From contig JASTWF010000367.1 of the NCBI GenBank assembly GCA_030390025.1, positions 62,001 to 126,000 on the forward strand: 64,000 bases of DNA, written 5' to 3'. The notes under the pieces were generated by a model. It was not told the origin of the DNA. It searched no databases and was given only the letters and a program-made list of their open reading frames with translations. Shown one piece after another: positions 50,701 to 64,000 of this stretch. How positions within the stretch are numbered: position 1 is the stretch's first letter; each line of letters opens with the position of its first letter. The stretch is from Squalus acanthias (lineage: Eukaryota). The position numbers were made by a program, and so were the translations under genes.

Positions 50701-53700
50701 CATTACCGTTAATATCCCACCTAGTCTAATCCCAACCTGCTGCTCACTAACCATTACCGTGAATATCCCACCTAGTCAAATCCCAACCTCCTGCTCACTA
50801 CCCATTACCGTTAAAATCCCATGTAGTCTAATCGCAATCTCCTGCTCACGACCGATTACCGTTAATATCTCTCCTAATCTAATCCGAACTTCGTGCTCAC
50901 AACCCATTACTGTTAATATCCCACCTAGTCTAATCCCAACCTCCCACCTATTGCCCATTAACGTTAATATCCCATCTAGTTTAATCCCAAACTCCTGCTC
51001 CTTACCCATTACCGTTAATATCCCATCTAATCGAATCGCAACCTCCTGCTCACGACCCATTACCGTTAATATCCCATCTAGTCCAATCGCAACCTTCTGC
51101 TCATTACCCAGTACAGTTAATATCCCACCTAGTCTAATCCCAACGTCCTGCTCACTGCCCATTACCGTTAATATACCACCTAGTCTAATCCCAACCTTCT
51201 GCTCACTGCACATGACCGTTAATATCCCAGTTAGTCTAATCCCAACCACCTGCTCACTACCCATTACTGTTAATATCCCACCTAGTCTAATCCCAACCTC
51301 CAGCTCACTGCACATTACCGTTAATATCCCACCTAGTCTAATCCCAACCACCTGCTCACTACCCATTACTGTTAATATCCCACCTAGTCTAATCCCAAAC
51401 TCCTGCTCACCGCCCATTACCGTTAATGTCACACTTAGTCTAATCCCAAACTCCAGCTCACTGCCCATTACCGTTAATATCCCACCTGGTCTAATCCCAA
51501 ACTCTTGCTCACTACCCATTACCGTTAATATCCCACCTAGTCTAATCCCAACCTCCTGCTCGCTACCCATTACTGTTAATATCCCACCTAGTCTAATCCC
51601 AACCTCCTGCCCACTGCCCATTACCGTTAATATCCCACCTAGTCTAATCCCAACCTCCTGCTCGCTACCCATTACTGTTAATATCCCACCTAGTCTAATC
51701 CCAACCTTCTGCTCATTGCGCATTACCTTTAATATCCCACCTAGTCTAATCCCAACCTCCTGCTCACTGCCCATTACCGTTAATATACCACCTGGTCTAA
51801 TCCCAATCTCCTGCTCACTGCCCATTACCGTTAATATCACACTTAGTCTAATCCCAAACTCCAGTTTGAAGCCCATTACCGTTAATATCCCACCAAGTCT
51901 AATCCCAACCTCTTGCTCACTACCCATTACCGTTAATATCCCACCTAGTCTAATTCCAAACTCCTGCTCACTGCCCATTACCGTTAATATCCCACCTAGT
52001 CTAATCCCAACCAGCTGCTCACTACCCATTACTGTTAATATCACACCTAGTCTAATCCCAACCACTTGCTCACTACCCATTACTGTTAATATCCCACCTA
52101 GTCTAATCCCAACCTCCTGCTCACTACACATTACTGTTAATATACCACCTAGTCTTATCTCAAACACCTGCTCACAACCCATTACAGATAATATCCCACC
52201 TAGTCTAATCACAACCACCTGCTCACTACCCATTACTGTTAATATCCCACCTAGTCTAATCCCAACCTCCTGCTCACTACCCATTACTCTTAATATCACA
52301 CCTAGTCTAATCCCAACAACCTGCTCACTGCCCATTACCGTTAAAACCCCACCTAGTCTAATCACAAACTCCTGCTCAATACTCATTACAGTTAATATCC
52401 CACCTAGTCTAATCCCAACCTCCTGCTTAATGCCCATTACCGTTAATATCCCATCTAGTCTAATCCCAACCTCCTGCTCACTACCCATTACTGTTAATAT
52501 CCCACCTAGTCTAATCCCCACCTCCTGCTCACTACCCATTACTGTTAATATCCCACCTAGTCTAATCCCAACCTCCTGCTCACTACCCATTACTGTTAAT
52601 ATCCCACTTAGTCTAATCTCAACCACCTGTTCACTGCCCATTACCGTTAATTTCCCACCTAGTCTAATCACAAACTCCTGCTCACTACCCATTACAGTTA
52701 ATATCCCACCTAGTCTAATCCCAACCTCCTGCTCAACGCCCATTACTGTTAATATCCCACCTAGTCTAATCCCAACCTCCTGCTCAATGCCCATTACCGT
52801 TAATATCCCACCTAGCCTAATCCCAACGTCCTGCTCATTACCATTTCAGTTAATATCCCACCCTATCTAATCCCAACCTCCTGCTCAGTACCCATTACCG
52901 TAAATATCCCACCTAGTCTAATCCGAACGTCCTGCTCACTGCCCATTACCGTTAATATCCCACCTAGTCTAATGCCAACCTCCTGCTCACTGCCCATTAC
53001 CGTTAATGTCCCAACGAGTCGAATCCCGACCTCCTGCTCACTACCCATTACCGTTAAAATCACACCTAGTCTAATCTCAACCTCCTGCTCACTACCCATT
53101 ACCGTTAATATCCCACCTAGTCTAATTCCAAACACCTGCTCACTACCCATTATTGTTAATATCCCACCTAGTCTAATCTAAACCACCTGCTCACTACCCA
53201 TTACTGTTAATATCACACCTAGTCTAATCCCAACTTCCTGCTCACTACCCATTACCGTTAATATCACACCTATTCAAATCCCAACCTTCTGCTCATTACT
53301 CATTACCATTAATATCTCACCTTTTTTAATCCCAACCTCCTGCTCACTGCCCATTACCGTTAATATCCCACCTAGTCTAATCCTAACCTCCTGCTCACTA
53401 CCCATTATCATTAATATCCCACCTAGTCTAATCCCAACCTGCTGCTCACTAACCATTACCGTTAATATCCCACCGAGTCTAATCCCAACCTCCTGCTCAC
53501 TGCCCATTACAGTTAATATCCCACCTAGTCTAATTTCAACCTCCTGCTCACTGCCCATTACCATTGAAATCACACCTAGTCTAATCCCAAACTCCTGCTT
53601 ATTACCCATTACCGTTAATATCCCATCTAATCGAATCGCAACCTCCTGCTCACGACCCATTACCGTTAATATCCCATCTAGTCCAATCGCAACCTTCTGC

Positions 53701-56700
53701 TCATTACCCATTACAGTTAATATCCCACCTAGTCTAATCCCAACGTCCTGCTCACTGCCCATTACCGTTAATATACCACCTAGTCTAATCCCAACCTTCT
53801 GCTCACTGCACATTACCGTTAATATCCCAGTTAGTCTAATCCCTACCACCTGCTCACTACCCATTACTGTTAATATCCCACCTAGTCTAATCCCAACCTC
53901 CAGCTCACTGCACATTACCGTTAATATCCCACCTAGTCTTATCCCAAACTCATGCTCACTAACCATTACCGTTAATATCCCACCTAGTCTAATCCCAACC
54001 ACCTGCTCACTACCCATTACTGTTAATATCCCACCTAGTCTAATCCCAAACTCCTGCTCACCGCCCATTACCGTTAATGTCACACTTAGTCTAATCCCAA
54101 ACTCCAGCTCACTGCCCATTACCGTTAATATCCCACCTGGTCTAATCCCAAACTCTTGCTCACTACCCATTACCGTTAATATCCCACCTAGTCTAATCCT
54201 AACCTCCTGCTCACTACCCATTATCATTAATATCCCACCTAGTCTAATCCCAACCTGCTGCTCACTAACCATTACCGTTAATATCCCACCGAGTCTAATC
54301 CCAACCTCCTGCTCACTGCCCATTACAGTTAATATCCCACCTAGTCTAATTTCAACCTCCTGCTCACTGCCCATTACCATTGAAATCACACCTAGTCTAA
54401 TCCCAAACTCCTGCTCATTACCCATTACCGTTAATATCCCATCTAATCGAATCGCAACCTCCTGCTCACGACCCATTACCGTTAATATCCCATCTAGTCC
54501 AATCGCAACCTTCTGCTCATTACCCATTACAGTTAATATCCCACCTAGTCTAATCCCAACGTCCTGCTCACTGCCCATTACCGTTAATATACCACCTAGT
54601 CTAATCCCAACCTTCTGCTCACTGCACATTACAGTTAATATCCCAGTTAGTCTAATCCCAACCACCTGCTCACTACCCATTACTGTTAATATCCCACCTA
54701 GTCTAATCCCAACCTCCAGCTCACTGCACATTACCGTTAATATCCCACCTAGTCTAATCCCAAACTCATGCTCACTAACCATTACCGTTAATATCCCACC
54801 TAGTCTAATCCCAACCACCTGCTCACTACCCATTACTGTTAATATCCCACCTAGTCTAATCCCAAACTCCTGCTCACCGCCCATTACCGTTAATGTCACA
54901 CTTAGTCTAATCCCAAACTCCAGCTCACTGCCCATTACCGTTAATATCCCACCTAGTCTAATCCCAACCTCCTGCTCGCTACCCATTACTGTTAATATCC
55001 CACCTAGTCTAATCCCAACCTCCTGCCCACTGCCCATTACTGTTAATATCCCACCTAGTCTAATCCCAACCTCCTGCCCACTGCCCATTACTGTTAATAT
55101 CCCACCTAGTCTAATCCCAACCTTCTGCTCATTGCGCATTACCGTTAATATCCCACCTAGTCGAATCCCAACCTCCTGCTCACTGCCCATTACCGTTAAT
55201 ATACCACCTGGTCTAATCCCAATCTCCTGCTCACTGCCCATTACCGTTAATATCACACTTAGTCTAATCCCAAACTCCAGTTTGAAGCCCATTACCGTTA
55301 ATATCCCACCAAGTCTAATCCCAACCTCTTGCTCACTACCCATTACCGTTAATATCCCACCTAGTCTAATTCCAAACTCCTGCTCACTACCCATTACTGT
55401 TAATATCACACCTAGTCTAATCCCAACCACTTGCTCACTACCCATTACAGTTAATATCCCACCTAGTCTAATCACAACCACCTGCTCACTACCCATTACT
55501 GTTAATATCCCACCTAGTCTAATCCCAACCTCCTGCTCACTACCCATTACTCTTAATATCACACCTAGTCTAATCTCAACAACCTGCTCACTGCCCATTA
55601 CCGTTAAAATCCCACCTAGTCTAATCACAAACTCCTGCTCAATACTCATTACAGTTAATATCCCACCTAGTCTAATCCCAACCTCCTGCTCACTACCCAT
55701 TACTGTTAATATCCCACCTAGTCTAATCCCCACCTCCTGCTCACTACCCATTACTGTTAATATCCCACCTAGTCTAATCTCAACCACCTGCTCACTACCC
55801 ATTACTGTTAATATCCCACCAAGTCTAATCTCAACCACCTGCTCACTACCCATTACTGTTAATATCCCAGCTAGTCTAATCCCAACCTCCTGCTCACTAC
55901 CCATTACTGTTAATATCCCACTTCGTCTAATCCCAAACTCCAGCTCACTGCCCATTACCGTTAATATCCCACCTGGTCTAATCCCAAACTCTTGCTCACT
56001 ACCCATTACCGTTAATATCCCACCTAGTCTAATCCTAACCTCCTGCTCACTACCCATTATCATTAATATCCCACCTAGTCTAATCCCAACCTGCTGCTCA
56101 CTAACCATTACCGTTAATATCCGACCGAGTCTAATCCCAACCTCCTGCTCACTGCCCATTACAGTTAATATCCCACCTAGTCTAATTTCAACCTCCTGCT
56201 CACTGCCCATTACCATTGAAATCACACCTAGTCTAATCCCAAACTCCTGCTCATTACCCATTACCTTTAATATCCCATCTAATCGAATCGCAACCTCCTG
56301 CTCACGACCCATTACCGTTAATATCCCATCTAGTCCAATCGCAACCTTCTGCTCATTACCCATTACAGTTAATATCCCACCTAGTCTAATCCCAACGTCC
56401 TGCTCACTGCCCATTACCGTTAATATACCACCTAGTCTAATCCCAACCTTCTGCTCACTGCACATTACCGTTAATATCCCAGTTAGTCTAATCCCAACCA
56501 CCTGCTCACTACCCATTACTGTTAATATCCCACCTAGTCTAATCCCAACCTCCAGCTCACTGCACATTACCGTTAATATCCCACCTAGTCTAATCCCAAA
56601 CTCATGCTCACTAACCATTACCGTTAATATCCCACCTAGTCTAATCCTAACCACCTGCTCACTACCCATTACTGTTAATATCCCACCTAGTCTAATCCCA

Positions 56701-59700
56701 AACTCCTGCTCACCGCCCATTACCGTTAATGTCACACTTAGTCTAATCCCAAACTCCAGCTCACTGCCCATTACCGTTAATATCCCACCTGGTCTAATCC
56801 CAAACTCTTGCTCACTACCCATTACCGTTAATATCCCACCTAGTCTAATCCCAACCTCCTGCTCGCTACCCATTACTGTTAATATCCCACCTAGTCTAAT
56901 CCCAACCTCCTGCCCACTGCCCATTACCGTTAATATCCCACCTAGTCGAATCCCAACCTCCTGCTCACTACCCATTACCGTTAATATCCCACCTAGTCGA
57001 ATCCCAACCTCCTGCTCACTGCCCATTACCGTTAATATACCACCTGGTCTAATCCCAATCTCCTGCTCACTGCCCATTACCGTTAATATCACACTTAGTC
57101 TAATCCCAAACTCCAGTTTGAAGCCCATTACCGTTAATATCCCACCAAGTCTAATCCCAACCTCTTGCTCACTACCCATTACCGTTAATATCCCACCTAG
57201 TCTAATTCCAAACTCCTGCTCACTACCCATTACTGTTAATATCACACCTAGTCTAATCCCAACCACTTGCTCACTACCCATTACTGTTAATATCCCACCT
57301 AGTCTAATCCCAACCTCCTGCTCACTACACATTACTGTTAATATCCCACCTAGTCTTATCTCAACTACCTGCTCACTACCCATTACAGTTAATATCCCAC
57401 CTAGTCTAATCACAACCACCTGCTCACTACCCATTACTGTTAATATCCCACCTAGTCTAATCCCAACCTCCTGCTCACTACCCATTACTCTTAATATCAC
57501 ACCTAGTCTAATCTCAACAACCTGCTCACTGCCCATTACCGTTAAAACCCCACCTAGTCTAATCACAAACTCCTGCTCAATACTCATAACAGTAAATATC
57601 CCACCTAGTCTAATCCCAACCTCCTGCTTAATGCCCATTACCGTTAATATCCCACCTAGTCTAATCCCAACCTCCTGCTCACTACCCATTACTGTTAATA
57701 TCCCACCTAGTCTAATCCCCACCTCCTGCTCACTACCCATTACTGTTAATATCCCACCTAGTCTAATCTCAACCACCTGCTCACTACCCATTACTGTTAA
57801 TATCCCACCAAGTCTAATCTCAACCACCTGCTCACTACCCATTACTGTTAATATCCCAGCTAGTCTGATCCCAACCTCCTGCTCACTACCCATTACTGTT
57901 AATATCCCACTTCGTCTAATCTCAACCACCTGTTCACTGCCCATTACCGTTAATTTCCCACCTAGTCTAATCACAAGCTCCTGCTCACTACCCATTACAG
58001 TTAATATCCCACCTAGTCTAATCCCAACCTCCTGCTCAACGCCCATTACTGTTAATATCCCACCTAGTCTAATCCCAACCTCCTGCTCAATGCCCATTAC
58101 TGTTAATATCCCACCTAGCCTAATCCCAACGTCCTGCTCATTACCATTTCAGTTAATATCCCAGCCTATCTAATCCCAACCTCCTGCTCAGTACCCATTA
58201 CCGTTAATATCCCACCTAGTCTAATCCAACCTCCTGCTCACTGCCCATTACCGTTAATATCCCACCTAGTCTAATCCAACCTCCTGCTCACTGCCCATTA
58301 CCGTTAATATCCCAACTAGTCTAATCCCAACCTCCTGCTCACTACCCATTACCGTTAATATCCCACCTAGTCTAATCCCAACCTCCTGCTCACTACCCAT
58401 TACCGTTAATATCCCACCTAGTCTAATCCAAACTCCTGCTCACTACCCATTACTGTTAATATCCCACCTAGTCTAATCCCAACCTCCTGCTCACTACCCA
58501 TTACAGTTAATATCCCACCTAGTCTAATCCCAACCTCCTGCTCACTACCCATTACCGTTAATATCCCACCTAGTCTAATCCCAACTCCTGCTCACTACCC
58601 ATTACAGTTAATATCCCACCTAGTCTAATCCCAACCTCCTGCTCACTGCCCATTACCGTTAATATCCCACCTAGTCTAATCCCAACCTCCTGCTCACTGC
58701 CCATTACATTAATATCCCACCTAGTCTAATCCCAACCTCCTGCTCACTACCATTACCGTTAATATCCCACCTAGTCTAATCCCAACCTCCTGCTCACTGC
58801 CCATTACAGTTAATATCCCACCTAGTCTAATTCCAACCTCCTGCTCACTGCCCATTACCGTTAATATCCCACCTAGTCTAATCCCAACCTCCTGCTCACT
58901 GACCCATTACCGTTAATATCCCACCTAGTCTAATCCCAACCTCCTGCTCACTACCCATTACTGTTAATATCCCACCTAGTCTAATCCCAACCTCCTGCTC
59001 ACTGCCCATTACAGTTAATATCCCACCTAGTCTAATCCCAACCTCCTGCTCACTGCCCATTACCGTTAATATCCACCTAGTCTAATCCAACCTCCTGCTC
59101 ACTACCCATTACCGTTAATATCACACCTAGTCTAATCCCAACTCCTGCTCACTAGCAATTACCGTTAACTTGCCACCTAGTCTAATCCCAACTGTCTGCT
59201 CACTACCCATTACCGTTAATAGCCCACCTAGTTTAATCCCAACCTCCTACTCACTGCCCATTACCGTTAATATCCCATCCAGTCTAATCCCAACCTCCTG
59301 CTCATTACCCATTACCGTGAATATCCCACCTAATCTAATCCCCACCTCCTGCTCACTGCCCATTACTGTAAATATCCCACCTAGTCTAATCCCAACGTCC
59401 TGCTCACTAACCATTACCGTTAATATCCCACCGAGTCTAATCCCAACCTCCTGCTCACTACCCATTACTGTTAATATCCCACCTAGTCTAATCCCAACCT
59501 CCTGTTCACTGCCTATTACCGTTAATATCCCATCTAGTCTAATCCCAACCTCCTGCTCACTTACCATTACTGTTAATATCACACCTAGTATAATCTCAAA
59601 CATCTGCTCACTACCCATTACCGTTAATATCCGAAATAGTCTAATCCCAGACTCCTGCTCACAACCCATTACCGTTAATATCTCACCTAGTCTAATCCCA

Positions 59701-62700
59701 ACCTCCTGCTCACTGCCCATTACCGTTAATATCCCACCTAGTCTAATCCCAACCTCCTGCTCACTACCCATTACAGTTAATATCCCACTAGTCTAATTCC
59801 AACCTCCTGCTCACTGCCCATTACCGTTAATATCCCACCTAGTCTAATCCCAACCTCCTGCTCACTACCAATTACCGTTAATATCTCACCTAATCTAATC
59901 GCAACCGCGTGCTCCAAACCCATTACCGTTAATATTCCATCTAGTCTAATCCCAATCGTCTGCTCATTACCCATTACCGTGAATATCCCACCTAGTCTAA
60001 TCCCAACCTCCTGCTCACTGAGCATTGCCAGTAATATACCACCTAGTCTAATCCCAGCCTCCTGCTCACTGCACATTACCGTTAATATCCCAGCTAGTCT
60101 AATCCCAAACTCATGCTCAACACCCATTACCGTTAATATCCCACCTAGTCTAATTCCAAACACCTTCTCACTGCCCATTACCGTTAAGATCCCACCTAGT
60201 CTAATCCCAACCTCCTGCTCACTGCCCATTACGTTAATATCCCACCTAGTCTAATCCCAACCTCCTGCTCACTGCCCATTACCGTTAATATCCCACCTAG
60301 TCTAATCCCAACCTCCTGCTCACTGCCCATTATCGTTAATATCCCACCTAGTCTAATCCCAACCTCCTGCTCACTACCCATTACCGTTAATATCCCACCT
60401 AGTCTAATCCCAACCTCCTGCTCACTACCCATTACCGTTAATATCCCACCTAGTCTAATCCCAACCTCCTGCTCACTACCCATTACCGTTAATATCCCAC
60501 CTAGTCTAATCCAACCTCCTGCTCACTACCCATTACCGTTAATATCCCACCTAGTCTAATCCCAACCTCCTGCTCACTACCCATTACTGTTAATATCCCA
60601 CCTAGTCTAATCCCAACCTCCTGCTCACTACCCATTACCGTTAATATCCCACCTAGTCTAATCCCAACCTCCTGCTCACTACCATTACCGTTAATATCCC
60701 ACCTAGTCTAATCCCAACCTCCTGCTGACTGCCTATTACTGTTAATATCCCATCTAATCTAATTCAAACCTCCTGCTCACTGCCCATTACCGTTAATATC
60801 CCACCTAGTCTAATCCCAACCTCCTGCTCACTACCTATTACCGTTAATATCCCATCTACTCTAATCCCAACCTCCTGCTCATTACCCATTACCGTTAATA
60901 TCACACCTAGTCTAATCCCAACCTCCTGCTCACTACCCATTACAGTTAATATCCCACTAGTCTAATTCCAACCTCCTGCTCACTGCCCATTACCGTTAAT
61001 ATCCCACCTAGTCTAATCCCAACCTCCTGCTCACTACCAATTACCGTTAATATCTCACCTAATCTAATCGCAACCGCGTGCTCCAAACCCATTACCGTTA
61101 ATATTCCATCTAGTCTAATCCCAATCGTCTGCTCATTACCCATTACCGTGAATATCCCACCTAGTCTAATCCCAACCTCCTGCTCACTGAGCATTGCCGT
61201 TAATATACCACCTAGTCTAATCCCAACCTCCTGCTCACTGCACATTACCGTTAATATCCCAGCTAGTCTAATCCCAAACTCATGCTCACCACCCATTACC
61301 GTTAATATCCCACCTAGTCTAATTCCAAACACCTGCTCACTGCCCATTACCGTTAATATCCCACCTAGTCTAATCCCAACCACCTGCTCACTACCTATTA
61401 CTGTTAATATCCCACCTAGTCTAATCCCAAACTCCAGCTCACTGCCCATTATCATTAATATCCCACCTAGTCGAATCCCAAACTCCAGCTCACTGCCCAT
61501 TATCGTTAATATCCCACCTAGTCTTATCCCAACCTTCTGCTCATTACTCATTACCGTTAATATCCCACCTAGTCAAATCCCAACCTCCTGCTCACGACCC
61601 ATTACCGTTAATATCCCACCTAGTCAAATCCCAACCTCCTGCTCACTACCCATTACCGTTAAAATCCCACCTAGTCTAATGCCAATCTCCTGCTCACTAC
61701 CGAATACCGTTAATATCTCTCCTAATATAATCCCAACCTCGTGCGCACAACCCATTAATGTTAATAACCCACCTAGTCTAATCCCAACCTCCCACCTATT
61801 GCCCATTACCGTTAATATACCATCTAGTCTAATCCCAAATTCCTGCTCACTACCTATTACCGTTAATATCCCACCTAGTCTAATCCCAACCTCCTGCTGA
61901 CTGCCTATTACTGTTAATTCCCATCTAATCTAATTCAAACCTCCTGCTCACTGCCCATTACCGTTAATATCCCACCTAGTCTAATCCCAACCTCCTGCTC
62001 ACTACCTATTACCGTTAATATCCCATCTACTCTAATCCCAACCTCCTGCTCATTACCCATTACCGTTAATATCACACCTAGTCTAATCGCAACCTCCTGC
62101 TCACGACCCATTACCGTTAATATCCCATCTAGTCTAATCACAAACTCCTGCTCACGACCCATTACCTTTAATATCCCATCTAGTCTAATCGCAACCTTCT
62201 GCTCATTACCCATTACCGTTAATATCCCACCTAGTCTAATTCCAACCTCCTGCTCACTGCCCATTACCGTTAATATCCCACCTAGTCTAATGCCAACCTC
62301 CTGCTCACTGCCCATTACTGTTAATATCCCACCTAGTCTAATCCCAACCTCCTGCTCACGAACCATTACCGTTAATATCCCACCGAGTCTAATCCCAACC
62401 TCCTGCTCACTACCCATTACTGTTAATATCCCACCTAGTCTAATCCCAACCTCCTGCTCACTGCCCATTACCGTTAATATCCCACCTAGTCTAATCCCAA
62501 CCTCCTGCTCACTACCCATTACAGTTAATATCCCACCTAGTCTAATCCCAACCTCCTGCTCACCACCCATTACCGTTAATATCCCACCTAGTCTAATCCC
62601 AACCTCCTGCTCACTACCTATTACTGTTAATAACCCACCTAGTCTAATCCCAACCTCCTGCTCACTGCCCATTACCGTTAATATCCCACCTAGTCTAATC

Positions 62701-64000
62701 CCAACCTCCTGCTCACTGCCCATTACCGTTCATATCCCACCTAGTCTAATCTCAACCACCTGCTCACTACCCATTACCGTTAATATCCCACCTAGTCTAA
62801 TCCAAACCTCCTGCTCACTGCCCATTACCGTTAATATCACACCTAGTCTAATCCCAAACTCCTGCTCCTGCCCATTACCGTTAATATCCCAGCTAGTCTA
62901 ATCCCAACCTCCTGCTCACTGCCAATGACTGTTAATATCCCACCGAGTCTAATCCCAACCTCCTGCTCACTGCGCATTACCGTTAATATCACACCTAGTC
63001 TAATCCCAACCTCCTGCTCACTTCGCATTACCGTTAATATCACACCTAGTCTAATCCCAACCTCCTGCTCACTACCCATTACCGTTAATATCCCACCTAT
63101 TCTAATCCCAACCTCCTGCTCACTACCCATTACCGTTAATATCACACCTAGTCTAATCCCAACCTCCTGCTCACTGCCCATTACCGTTAGTATCCCACCT
63201 AGTCTAATCCCAAACTCCTGCTCACTATACATTACTGTTAATATCCCACCTAGTCTAATCCCAACCACCTGCTCACTACCCATTATGTTTAATAACCCAC
63301 CGAGTCTAATCCCAACCTCCTGCTCACTGCCCGTTACAATTAATATCCCATCTAGTCTAATCCCAACCTCCTGCTCACGACCCATTACCGTTAATATACC
63401 ACCTAGTCTAATCCCAACATCCTGCTCACTGCCCATTACCGTTAATATCCCACCCAGTCTAATCTCAACCACCTGCTCACTACCCATTACCGTTAATATA
63501 CCACCTAGTCTAATCCCAACCTCCTGCTCACTGCCCATTACCGTTAATATCCCACCCAGTCTAATCCCAACCTCCTGCTCACTGCCCATTACTGTTAATA
63601 TCCCACCTAGTCCAATCCCAACCTCCTGCTCAATACCCATTACTGTTAATATCTCACCTAGTCTAATCCCAACCTACTGCTCACTGTCCATTACCGTTAA
63701 TATCCCACCTAGTATAATCCCAACCTCCTGCTCACTGCCCATTACCGTTAATATCCAACCCAGTCTAATCCCAACCTCCTGCTCACTGCCCATTACTGTT
63801 AATATCCAACCTAGTCTAATCCCAACCTCCTGCTCAATACCCATTACTGTTGATATCTCACCTAGTCTAATCCCAACCTACTGCTCACTGTCCATTACCG
63901 TTAATATCCCACCTAGTCTAATCCCAACCTCCTGCTCAATGCCCATTACCGTTAATATCCCACCTAGTCTAATCCCAACCTCCTGCTCACTACCCATTAC
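47708..64000. repeat. 51-bp satellite, ~320 copies, running off the window end
   Basis: Unit ccacctagtctaatcccaacctcctgctcactacccattaccgttaatatc; gives 17-aa periodic pseudo-ORFs on both strands. Confidence 0.99.

Noticed and set aside
47706..63640. Long 17-aa-repeat ORFs on both strands (up to 1607 aa)
   Set aside because: The 51-bp unit is a multiple of 3 with one stop-free frame per strand; frames break at indels and lack gene signals.

Overview
Vertebrate genomic DNA, very probably from a cartilaginous fish (shark). The evidence is the CR1/L2/Deu-SINE/Penelope repertoire and an exon resembling the N-terminus of shark NLR proteins. Most of the window is repeats: many CR1 LINE copies (one near full length with a monomeric 5' UTR), a second non-LTR family, nested MITE-like elements, seven minisatellite arrays, and a 51-bp satellite running >16 kb to the window end. 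Almost all long ORFs in the track are retroelement remnants or repeat artefacts. The host-gene signal is a set of small exons the ORF track largely misses. A + strand NLR-like gene has two duplicated ATG exons (41199-41262, 44251-44314) and a death-fold-like exon (46248-46414). A homologous ATG exon lies on the - strand (454-400) and points out of the left edge. The two genes appear head-to-head around a CpG-island promoter (22501-23956). That island contains a Penelope GIY-YIG fragment with an in-frame ATG, followed by a minimal hammerhead ribozyme. Gene models are inferred from splice motifs and recalled family similarity only; no search was run.
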